The notes under the pieces: model-generated | Database searches by the model: none | Told to the model about the DNA's origin: nothing | What the model saw: the letters and a program-made list of their open reading frames with translations, nothing else | DNA from: Schizochytrium sp. TIO01 | Lineage: Eukaryota; Protista; Bigyra: Labyrinthulomycetes | Reading direction: 5' to 3' | Assembly: GCA_004764695.1 (NCBI GenBank) | Contig: SMSO01000033.1 | Coordinates: 1,550,001 to 1,614,000 of the forward strand | DNA length: 64,000 nt | Position numbers and translations under genes: made by a program | Shown: positions 24,831 to 36,413 of the stretch, one piece after another | How the letters are laid out: the number at the start of each line of letters is the position of its first letter | Numbering within the stretch: position 1 is the stretch's first letter

Positions 24831-27800
24831 ACTCTTTGTACCCAGACAAACCACTTCTCGTTCGAGCACACCCTGCTCCAACAAAACGTTACCTACCCTT
24901 GCGCAAAATATCGACTGAGATTCCATGCCTCGCATGACGAATCTTGGCAGCCCACTACTTGTCCTTTCTTGCCCTCGTCCACCTTAGCAATACAATAGTC
25001 ATTCTCAGCAAAGAATTGTTGATAAGTAACAAGTAATACATGATCTCTCTCATCCCTCTCTTATCTCGTACCACTTTTTTACTGAAGCATTCGTTCTCCA
25101 TCGCGTTCAAAGAACTGGGGTGCTAGAGTTTTCAGTGGCCGCCCCACTAGGGTTCGTTAACTATGGGGTTCCAATGCAGAATTAAAGAACGGCCATCCTG
25201 GAGCTAGTTGAACACAGCGCTCTTCAGGACACTCATTCTCTTCGGGAGCAGATGCAGTCGGTAGGTAAGTACGGGGCCAGGCAGACTCGAGGACGTACCG
25301 AATGGCGAGCTGCAACTAACTAGGGAGCTAAGCTATTTTCGTGGGGCGGCAATTTGAGCGAGCACGAGGTAGTTAGGTGGTGGTTAAGTTGTTTCCTGCA
25401 TGGACAACGACAAACTAACGATGGAGGGCCTGTGCTTTGTTTCGCTTTGAAGAGAGAAGAAGCATGAACGAATGAGGAACAAACGGTGGTTATGTGCTAC
25501 ATAAAATCAAACGTGCGGCAAGTAAGTTGGGCTAACGACTGCGCGTGCATACTCAATTTCTCAAAGTTATGAAGGCCATTATAAATAACGATGCGGGAAT
25601 TCACGCCAACGAATATCTATGGGGTTCGTGCGCACGCGATAAGAGCGCCGTTTGAAGGCTTTGTACCTCCATGGACTGGAATTTATGGAAGGCACCATCG
25701 CGTGCTGACTGCGTGCTAGCTTGCTGCTTTAGATAATTCTTATGTGAAGAGTTGAATAACGGTTGACGTGGAAGACATACTTTGGAGAGTGGACATGCTC
25801 AATCGGGGCTACTTCTTCCTGGCTACCGAATACGCAAGCAAATCCTTAGCGCTGATGGTTAGTTGCAAGGGAAATGTTTGCAACTGGATTATTTAGTGGG
25901 AATTGAAGATGCCGAGAACAAGTCGTTAGGATCAGTGGTTAGTTCTGTGGGGCAACCCGGATGAAATATCATATTCTGGTGCTTATGTGTCAGTGGTAGC
26001 TAGCTATCTGTCAGTTGTCCCTGTCGCAATCAGATCGGCGGTTTGAATGAAAGTCATACTTTGGCGCATTAACTGCTACCCCGGTGTGTCCTCCGCAGTC
26101 GCATTCACTTAACGAAATTTGGAGAGTCTGTGGTCGTTAGAATGCTCAGGGTGTGTATCGACTCTTTCTCTTTACTCTCACTACATGGAAACATTGTGTG
26201 TGAGCAAAGTGAGGAGCAACTGAGAATTCAAAGAATTTGATACCGGACGATCATAACTTTGCTAATAGGTTGACCTCCTCGAATCTGTACTAAGGTACCA
26301 GCAATGCAGCTAATTTCACGTATGCTTTCGTGACAATGAATTTGATAGAGCACGCCAAGCCATGCCAAAGTATCCGCCTTGCTTGAAGTTCTCCAGAATA
26401 GGGGGAGCTCTTCAGGCATCCACTGAAGGCGTCCACGATGGAGTTTACTGGCAACTGTCATCCTAATCCCCCCTTAAGCTGCCCAAGAATCCAAAGTGCT
26501 CCATGGTCTGTTCCTTTAGGTTCAATTTCGTTGGCACATTAAGAGCTTCATCGAAAGCCCTAGTTAGATCAATGCCCTATACGCCCTCGTCCAACTCAAC
26601 AATGTATGTAAGCTCGTGACTAGATGGGCCATTTTAAAGCTCCAGGACACAGGCACGAGCAGCATCGTTGTGGTGAAAGACGGGTACGGTGTCGTGCCCT
26701 TCGCTAACATAGCGAGTCTGCTTTTTCGTTTCGTTTTTTTAATGCTGAGCATTTGAAAAATTGTAAAGAGAAATCGAGAAAACAAAGACAGAGTAAGAAG
26801 AAAGAAATAGTACACCCAGTATGAGCGCAAATTAACAAGTTCAAGATACTGAGAAGGGGGCTGAAAAACAGCATCCCAAAATGTGCAGCCTAATGTAGTA
26901 GAAAGATTTCATTTATACTATCTAATTTTAAAGAGGCTTATCCAAGTCACATGCATGTGCAACATTTAAAATGTATCTATAAGATGAGACGACATCAACA
27001 AAAAAAGGGGGGAGGGGGTTTATTCCGTAGATTCAGGCGAAGAGCCGTGATATTCTCCTTTCTGCCCCTGGAATTGTAGCGTTCAAATTTCCGAGATTTT
27101 TGTGAATACGTTCTTCAAAACGACTGATAAACTTCAGAGTTTTTTTTTGGGGGGAGGGTCTCAGAAGGACCCACAGGTAAGTCGCAGGCCGAATACTAGA
27201 CGCAATATTAAAATGGTGGATACTGAAAAATAGCTTTGTTTAAATAAAGGGAATGATCACCTTCTTAAGTAAACTTGGAGGAGTTTTGACCTTTCTAAGT
27301 AGAAAGGTAACACAGGAACCTTTTCTTCTTCTGTACCTTGGGATTTTACTATGCTTCTTTGAGATATTCTGGGTCGACCCGCCCCGCATCGAGATATGTT
27401 TTTGCTGATTGTGTTTTAACACTGTGCAGTTGTATCGCAATCAACGAAGTCCTCGTTTAACGAATGCGCTATTCGGCAGAGCTAGTTCTGAAGCACATAG
27501 GCATAAATCCCAGCCTGCTTTATAGCAAAACTAGAAATGAATAATTTGGCGATCAAAGATGATTTTGCTACAGATATTGGCTCGTTAAAATGCGTTATTT
27601 TGCTCATTCGTAAAGCGAGTGGAATCGCAGGAAATTGGGATTTACTATTAGAAAAAATAGAGCTTTGAGCTACCTTTGCCATATGACATTTAGAATTCAG
27701 CTCATTTGCAATGTAACTCATGAAACAAAAGAGATACTTTATGTGGTAGCTCTATATTTGCCAGATAGCGCCTGTTAGTAGTATTTTAATGCAACAACAA

Positions 27801-28318
27801 ATTATATGATGGTTTTCATCATTATCATGCACGGCTTTATTGATTCGTGTATCTATGAAACTACAAGATCTGCCCGTTTGAGCTTCAGGACTAGCCGCAG
27901 CAAGATCATGTGAATGAGGAATATTGAATATTCCTTGCTGCACATTTTAAAGAACATTTGCTATAGCTTGTCTCTCAATGTCTGTCCTATTTCCCTCCTA
28001 TATAAACACCATGCACCTGCACTGAAAGTTGTTTATTCTGTCATCAAAAGGTTTTTTTATTTTTATTTTCTGGTATGAGTTTAATTGAGAGATTTGGACA
28101 GCAAAATCTTCGATTCAGGTCATTCTCTCTTTTAACTGTGGTTCTGTATAGGTAGTAGAGCTAAGATTCTACTTATGAGCTTCCTATGGTTTATCATAAT
28201 AGTCATAAATCTAGTTAGGCTTCCTTCGAAAAGGTTTAGCTTCAAGTAGGTAAACAGTAGTAGAGCTTAGTGTAGTGCTATGGTTATATCCATTTTTTCA
28301 AGTGTCACTCACTCTCAC

Positions 28319-28349
28319 AAATCGAGAGGCTACTCTAGCCTCTCGATTT
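28319..28349. repeat. Perfect 14-bp inverted repeat (hairpin)
   Basis: AAATCGAGAGGCTA-CTC-TAGCCTCTCGATTT. Confidence 0.85.
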
Positions 28350-29331
28350 ACTCACTTGGACAAGAGCCCAAGTCAAAGCAAATCAATTATATTTAGGTAC
28401 AGGAGTAAATCTGCTGTGAAATAATACTACTTCTGCCAATCGAAAAATAATATAGATGGGTCTCTGGCTTTATGTATGTGGAAAACTGATGAAGAATCAG
28501 AATTGAGGTTTCGGCCACGCTCTAAGATGGTACTTTAAGGTGAACTGCATGCGCTCGAAAGCTGTGCAATCTTAGTGCCAACTACTTACGCGCGACGAGA
28601 GATTAGTGTGACATTCACTTTAATCAAGGCACTTGCACTAAATCCTGTCTGTCTAATCGTGCGTCTTCGTGCAAAGCAACTAGAAGGTAGGTACTATGAT
28701 ATAGCTACTGTAAATCATAGTCTCGCACTTTTCTTCTTAGTGTTACGCACTTTTTCTTTGTGGTTGTCCATGAAGTGGCAGGGAGAGCAAGAAGCCCATT
28801 AATTACATTAGCAAAGGGGATCACCTAGCTTTGATATATGAATCATAAAACCAGAGTGCCGGGGACCTATCTACTGGGTTGCCTATTTCAATAAGGTGCG
28901 TCGTTTTCGAGAGAGGGCACTTGTGCGAAGGTGTGAGTAACACAGTATATGCCTTAAGATTGTCTTAGTTGCATGGTGCTGGTGATTTAGTGTGGTGAAA
29001 CACCTGAATGCACCGATTGTCCATAAACTCTGACTCTTGTTGAACTCTACAATTACCCACTGCTCTTAACACGTTTATTTTAAAAAGCTCGTCAAAGAAC
29101 ACACGAAAGAGAGAGAGAGATACCGCGTGCACAATGCACTTTTTCAAATGGATAAATTGGTTTCATAGAGCTTGCCTCATCGACTTTCATACAGATTGCT
29201 TACAAAAGACAACGTGCTCATAATTTGCAAGTGACTTTGCGCTGAGACTGAGAAAGTATAAAGCAAATCTGAAATCAAAACATTGTTCGTACCCAAGGCT
29301 TTCGCTGAAGAGAACATCATTCAGCAGCAAG

Positions 29332-30243
29332 ATGCCGGGTGACATGGAAAATGGAGGCCTCCGTGCTCCTATCGCAGATTCTCCGCCGAATGGCATTTAT
29401 GCTCAGGCCCGCCAAGCATTAAGTGGCAAGAGCAAGCTTTTGATGGGACTCTTTGTCATGGCGCTTGTTGGCGTGGTAGCTGGTGTGGTTTTGACAACGG
29501 TCAACGGTTCCCAGGTAGACACGACAGCTGATTCTGGTACGATTGATTCATTCGAAGCGGGCACAACTACCACAACGTCAAGCCCTAGCGGCTCAACGAC
29601 CACGCCTGCACCAAGCTCTACAGGTGGACCAATCGTTGTGATTGTTGATACTACAGACTCCCCAACAACATCTGCCTACGACCAAGGTACGGAAGGCGCA
29701 AATACTTCTGCTCCAACCTCGTCAACTGAGGATGAAAGTTCTCTTTACGGGACACTGACACCTACTACCCTGGGCTCCCAGGTGCCAACTACTCAGCCTG
29801 TGTCGTGGTATTACTCTACAGATGAGTGGAACACTACCGATGCGCCTTCAAGTGACCATGACCATTATTCTGTTGACGAGGATTATAACAGTGGCGATAG
29901 CAACTCTACTCACGCACCAACAGTTGACCACAGCAGCTACTCAGTAGATGAAGATTACGAAAGCGGCTTGACACCAGCTCCAACTCGTGATCACGATGTA
30001 TACACGAATGACGAGTACTCTGGTATGAACTCTACTCATGCGCCAACAGCTCCCACTTCCTCGCCAACCAAGCGTCCTACAAATTTTCCCACCAAAGCGC
30101 CTACCCTTGCACCGACATTAGCGCCGACATTGGCGCCGACATTGGCACCGACATTAGCACCGACATTGGCACCGACATTGGCACCAACCAAGTCACCTAC
30201 GAAACAGCCCACGCCTAGCCCAACTAAATGGTCTCGCGGATAA
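29332..30243 (+). CDS. Type II membrane mucin-like Thr/Ser/Pro-rich protein (303 aa)
   Basis: Single N-proximal TM (LLMGLFVMALVGVVAGVVL), Thr/Ser-rich stalk, acidic Tyr repeats, (APTL)7. Confidence 0.75.
   Translation: MPGDMENGGLRAPIADSPPNGIYAQARQALSGKSKLLMGLFVMALVGVVAGVVLTTVNGSQVDTTADSGTIDSFEAGTTTTTSSPSGSTTTPAPSSTGGPIVVIVDTTDSPTTSAYDQGTEGANTSAPTSSTEDESSLYGTLTPTTLGSQVPTTQPVSWYYSTDEWNTTDAPSSDHDHYSVDEDYNSGDSNSTHAPTVDHSSYSVDEDYESGLTPAPTRDHDVYTNDEYSGMNSTHAPTAPTSSPTKRPTNFPTKAPTLAPTLAPTLAPTLAPTLAPTLAPTLAPTKSPTKQPTPSPTKWSRG
30097..30180 (+). repeat. 12-bp coding minisatellite GCRCCGACATTR encoding (APTL)7
   Basis: Six near-identical units at 30109-30180 plus one synonymously diverged unit at 30097. 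Confidence 0.9.
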
Positions 30244-30565
30244 AAATGAGGCTAATAGATATGGACTTGCGTCATACCTACTGTTTTTGTGTTGTTATCT
30301 GAACGAAAGCAAACCTTTCTTTTCGTAATATTTTTAGCTTAACCCAAATCTTCTTATGAAAATACCTCACTGTACGCTTCTAAGCCAGAGTCATCGAATT
30401 CTGAAGTTTGTCCTAAATGAATATCCTCCTGGTCCTGCATGAGAGGTAAAGTGAACTAGACATGGCCCAGGTACCCACCGGTACCTATCAGAAATGTTTG
30501 GAACGATTGATTATGAAACGAAGGTTTGTCTTTACAAGCAAATGTTTTTTTCACTGTTTATGCAA

Positions 30566-31264
30566 TTAGGCGCTAGGGTCCGGGGTGAAGCGAAGGTAGT
30601 TCTTGCCAGAGGGCACCTGAACCTTCTCAAAGCCCTTGGAGAACTTGGAGGTTGCCTCCTCGTCAGAGAGTCCGGGGACAACCATGCACTTGTTGCCGGG
30701 GGTCCAGTTGGCCGGAGTGGCGACAGAGTGCTTGGCGGTGAGCTGAAGAGAGTCAATAACGCGAATGATCTCGTCAAAGTTGCGGCCAGTGGTGGCGGGG
30801 TAGAGGATGCTGAGGGCGAGCTTGCCAGCAGGGTTGGTCAAGTACACGGCACGAGCAGTGAGGGGGATTCCGGTCTTGTCAAGTTCATCCGGGTCGAGCA
30901 TGCCGAGGGCGAGGGCGATCTCGCGAGACTCATCGGCAATAATGGGGAAGCCGAGGTCACCAGAGAGGTTCTGGCTGGCCTGGATGTCGGCGATCCACTG
31001 CTTGTGGCTGTCAACGGGGTCGCAGCTGAGAGCAGCGCACTTAACACCACGCTTCTTGAACTCCTCGAGGTACTTGGAGACAGTGCCGAGCTCGGTGGTA
31101 CAGACCGGGGTGAAGTCAGCAGGGTGGCTGAAAAGGAGTCCCCAGGATCCCTTGAAGTACTCGCTGAGGTCAATTTCTCCCTCGGTGGTGTCAGCCTTGA
31201 TCTTGGGAAGGTAATCACCGAGACGGGGCGGGCCCTGCTGCTTAGCGAGAACGGCTTCGGCCAT
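30566..31264 (-). CDS. PRDX6: 1-Cys peroxiredoxin (Prx6 family), 232 aa
   Basis: LFSHPADFTPVCTTELG active site, YPATTGRNFDEIIRVIDSLQLT, VATPANW, PSGKNYLRFT. Confidence 0.95.
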   Translation of the reverse strand: MAEAVLAKQQGPPRLGDYLPKIKADTTEGEIDLSEYFKGSWGLLFSHPADFTPVCTTELGTVSKYLEEFKKRGVKCAALSCDPVDSHKQWIADIQASQNLSGDLGFPIIADESREIALALGMLDPDELDKTGIPLTARAVYLTNPAGKLALSILYPATTGRNFDEIIRVIDSLQLTAKHSVATPANWTPGNKCMVVPGLSDEEATSKFSKGFEKVQVPSGKNYLRFTPDPSA

Positions 31265-34200
31265 GGTGCTAAAAGGTTTCTGTTGCACACAAAGTTGTCA
31301 AGCAATGTTACCAAGCAATATCAAGAGTTAGTTTCAATTTTGCTGCTGATTTGTCTTGCACCCACTTGCACTCCATTCGCAATCATACATTTATACTCCC
31401 CTTGCTTGGCTATAATGCAAATCCCCAGTAATAAGATGCGCGTTACAACTATCTTGTAAGCCAGCAGCAAACTATCAAGCCGTGGCTCTCACTGGCACTA
31501 GCTGAACCGTAAATCTTCGAACTGTCCACCTTTCCGAAAGACTTGTCTCATGCTTGGACGAAGACGTGAACTGAAGTGTCACACCTCATTCCTCCTTACT
31601 CTGCAAAACCGTGCCTCGTCGACCTTGGATAAAGATACTTTCCTGATTCTGCTTCAAGCACAGATCTCTGAGCAGTAAGTAACCCATGCTCGAGAGTTAT
31701 CCCGAAAGATTTGCTGCTGCAAAAGATCTGGATTGGCAGTAGGCCAAGATCGGGCCGACGATGCCAAGCACACACACGCGAACCGTAAGATTCACGGCTT
31801 CGGTTGAGCCTTTTAAAGGTGGCCAATTAGGCCCTTTACATGTAATATCTCCCTTCGTCTCTCACCCTCTTCTCTCTCTTTTGCTGTATCTGGTTGACCA
31901 CGTCGCTCGACAGAAACCCCGCTCAGACAAGCGCAGAGATTGACTTTGATCTCCGCTCCATCTTGGAGAGGCGTCCGATGGTATGAAGGACTCTCTCTCA
32001 TACATCACGCGGTGTATGTAGCACGCTTGCCTTCAAGAAGGTATCTTGCACCTTGCATCTTGCATCTTGGACTTCGCCGAGTGCTCTGTTTTCGTAGACG
32101 TACCTTGTCTTGGTGCTGTTGAAGCTAGTGGAGCTGCTGGAGGCGGGCTCTGTTTGAGTTTTGCTTTTGCTGTTTGGAGGCGCTCGAGTTGCGGGTCTGC
32201 TCGAGGCTGCCGTCCGCGGACAGCCCGAGGTCGTCGTCACCCATAGCGGCCAAAGTCAGTGAGCAATCCTAGGAAGCAGAACCTAGTAGGTGCCAGAGGA
32301 ATCAAGATGCCAAGAGAAAGGATTCTCAGGTTCGCCACTCCCATTGCAATATGTAATTTTAGCAGATATTCAGAGGCCGAATTCACTTTGGAAGGACAGA
32401 TAATCATACAATCTTGGAGAAAATAACAAAAAAGAAACTAAAAAGAAAAGAAACTTACTGCTGTGATGAAAATTTTGCCGCTCTTCACCTTGCTGGCGCT
32501 TCTAATAGTACCTAGGGTGTAAATAGGGGTATGGCGCTTCTCCAAGAATTGCAGGCACTTTGGGGAGGAGATTTGGACGGACAACTTAGCGCTCTTTTGA
32601 GTGCGATATTAAAAACCCCAAACACCTCTGACATTGGCACGGTTCCGGGCTCCTGTTGCCTTCTCTTCACTTTAGTTGGCTCAGAGAAAAAAAAATCTTT
32701 AAAACAAAAAAAACTATCTTTTTCTCAAGAAAAACAATCGAATTAAACATGACGATTCGTGGATTCATTCATTACACAGGAATGCTTCTGCGAAGACGCC
32801 TCCACCGAAAGAAGATCGTACAAATTCGTCAGGCTGTCAGGGGACCTCAATCGTGATTCTTGCAGACAGAAGGGTTAAACCACGAAGTTAGTGCAATTAA
32901 TATGATCTACCTAGATATGTACTGCCGAGGTACCTAAAAATAAAAGAAGAAGAGAGAGAGAAAGAGGCCAGGACGAACTGAGGGAAATAACTTTCAAACT
33001 ACCCTCCCCAAGTAGGCAAACAGGCCAATCAAAACCTAAGACCGTGGGCTGTGTCTAGGGCAGATTGGCTCTACATAGGGTCTAAACGATTCTCGCAATT
33101 TTAACATAGAAAAGGTGTTGCGATGAAGAAGACGAAGGCGAAGAAGGTCTTGAAGGTGGAGCGGAAGACGATGAGCGTGCGGGGTTGAGAACCTTTGGCG
33201 AGAAAATCTTGAACCAAGCTCGAACTCAGATTTGCCGAGCGCGAGTTCTGACAGGCCGACTGAACCGACTTAAGCAAGTGCGAGAGCTATTCACCGACCG
33301 CCACATCTTCATAGATTGATAAGTTGAACCCACTCGTAAGCTGCAAGCAGCACATGTGCCATTCTTAACCTATGACTGATATCACTCGCCTTCTTTTGAT
33401 AATGGGAATTTCTCCGGGCACAGTGCGCCGGCCAATGCGTGCATCCCTGTTAGGCAATGCTCTGCCTCGTTAACGTGATGGCTCTGAGAGAGAGAGTGGC
33501 CTTACGGAAAATATCGCCCGCTTCAATAACGATCATTTATCCGAAGCGGACACGGGCGTTGATATCTTTGGGAGCACGATTTTGGAAACTGCACGCACAA
33601 GTAAATATCTGAGCTGAGCTGGAAAGACAAACAGTCAGTAGGAAGGGCGTCATGATGCTCAAGTTGAGCAGTGATTCTGCTCCCACATCATGAGTCAGCC
33701 TCATTGCGATTCAAGATAAATATGCCATGATCACCAAATGGTTAGAGGAAAGTTGAGCTCTGATATACATACAAGGTGAACGCCTCGATTGCCGATTGTG
33801 CGAATTGGTGTGATGCAGATCAATAGTGCCTTTGGTAAAGCGTTCTGATGATAGATGATGCCGTTCTACAGATTGTAGCAGCAGAGCTCCACACCAAAAG
33901 GTGCAACTCGAACCACAGGATCTTTGTTCGGAAGAGAACCAGTGGCGCTTCACAGCGCCAAGCGTGGCAGACAGGTGGCGATGACGGCAGCGTCAAACGC
34001 GCCCCGGAGGCCGTGATGGGTGCAGGTTTCCAAGCTCAACTTCCTTCAAGGGCATCGGCATCGGCACGGCCTCAACCTTGGACGGCCAGGCAAAACTCCG
34101 AGATCACTTACTCTTGAAAGAACATTTTCAGCTGGGTACGACGTTGACAACCTTCCTATACGAAGCCTCAATTACCTTCAAACTCTAGCTGGAGAACCAG

Positions 34201-36413
34201 AGGTTTCAATCGATAGTTGTCGAAGAAAACACTTCGGTGATTTAGATCTCGTAAATGAGCATTGCGAGTCGCTGGTGGAACTATGGTGGGACTACTCGTG
34301 GGAAGTCTGGCACTGCTAGTGCTTTCAGATACTGGACAAGTAGTGGATGGTCCCTGCTATGGACCTACCTCTAGAGTAGTACTTATACACCTGCTAGTTA
34401 TGAAGGAAAAGAAACACCACCTACTAGTAGTACCTAGCTACTAAAGGCCCCCCTGTAAGCATGACTAAAAGCAGGCTACTCAGTAGGTAGTCTTAGGAGT
34501 TGTAATCGAGAGGATGGAACTGCCCGTCGAAGACGAATGACTCGCTGGAGTGAAGTTCGCCAACCAACAGTAATGGGCAAAGCGTGGTGTACAAAGATCA
34601 AATGCATGAATGAAGGTGTGAAAGTGTCTGCTTGTTAATTGTGCTCGCTGAGTTAGCTGCTCCGGCTTGCAAAGGGCAAACCCAGTAGCGCCGGGGTCAA
34701 TATTTCCCGCAGGCTCTCTCCGAAGAATGCGTAGTACCAGGTCACGGAGGCGAACCTGTGATACGCAATAAGCAATGCGACTTTAGGATGAGATATTAAA
34801 ACAGCAAAATGAAGATCAAATTGAAACATCCTCGTGCATTTCAATGCCGGAGATTAGGTGCGAGCGATACATTCAAGTTCGATCATCCAGCTAGAAAACC
34901 TGCGGCAGCCAATTCAATAGCTTCAACATTATTAAACCCGCGAATTATGCTTGCAAAGAAATCATGGATAGCACTTAACCTGTAGAACGTTGTTGTATTT
35001 TTCTGAACAAAGAAGACCAAAGCAAGAATGTAGCCTGATGAAATATCATCCAAACTCTAAACTGGTCGAGATGAGGTTGCGGCTCTCGATTAGTCGCTGG
35101 TGACTTAATTTCAGTCAGTTTGACGACTAGTGGTTCAATCAATATTATCATTAGCTTATAACACATAGATTTTTGTCGTAAGAATGACCATTCTACTATG
35201 ACTTTGTATTACAAGAAGGTGTAAATAGTTGTATATTACAATGTGTGTATTATATAATATTTAAATGGTATTTGAGTGTGTGAATATGAAAATTCTCTTG
35301 TATTGTAATTTTCGTCCTTAAATAATATATCAAAGCCTGGTAAAGAGCGTGTTGCCTATATCTCCAAAATTTTGAGTTCTGTTAAACAATCCTTCATTTG
35401 CAGGATTTATAAATTAGTTCCCAGAAACCAACGATGTAGCTTACTCTCCATGTTTTCTGTATATCCTGCATCACTTGCGCAATTTCCATGGAATTTTATT
35501 GATGCCTTGACTGAGCCCGCTTTATAAGATCTTGCATATAGCCCGCCCTCAATGCCGAAGACAGGTATTACCTTACACCATACCATGGTATCTTAATATG
35601 CACATATTCTGCTTGCCACTCTTGCGTTTCCAACAAAGCGACTTTGGTAGAAGTCCATTAGTATTTAATTAAGTCCCGATTGCACACTCTTCAATGTCCC
35701 CAATTTCATAATTTCAAGAGTGCTATTCTTTTATCCATGGGTCTAGAACATTTAGACCTGCATCATGATTTTCTGCATGCGTTTTCTTGCCACCGCTTCT
35801 GTTGGCCTTCGACCCCCACCAGCGCCCCTACCTCGCCAAAGACTTCTTCAGCAGCCCCACCGCAGCAACAAATCGCACTGAGACCTGCGTGAATGGCTAT
35901 CGAAGCGGAGCGTGAGGATTACGGAACCTCGAGGATCCTTCGAGTTGTCACATCATTGGCAATTAGCAGTCGCATATGGCATGCTAGGTAGATAGACAGT
36001 AGGCACCTTCTACCCAACACGACCATATTGAAAGACCAGGAACTTCGGAAACTATCTAAAACCAGATGCGCAGTATCACGAAAAGCAAGACCCGCAAATC
36101 GATCACTGGCTTATTTATTGCAGCTTTCTTCTTCGAAGCTGAAGCCTTGTGGATGAATTTAGGAGATGAAGTTTAGGAGGTGATGAATCAAACGGAGGGA
36201 AGATATGAGGCCTAGGCGCGCTTAGTCAATACCATAATGGGGATGCAAAGTGGAAACAACTGACAGACGTGATAAATTATTAGTTAGAGCGTAGGAGAAA
36301 GAGAAGAAATCGCCAAAGAAAAACCTTCGCAACGGAGACCCGCGATTGCAGCGCGCAGTCTCTGCCTCGCTAGGCGGACCCTCGAGCTCTGGAGGCGTGC
36401 CTGTTCGCGAGGC

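Noticed and set aside
25000-28000. Possible degraded retrotransposon
   Set aside because: No recognisable RT, integrase or transposase motifs, LTRs or TIRs
30494-31459. 321-aa plus-strand ORF
   Set aside because: Antisense shadow of the peroxiredoxin gene
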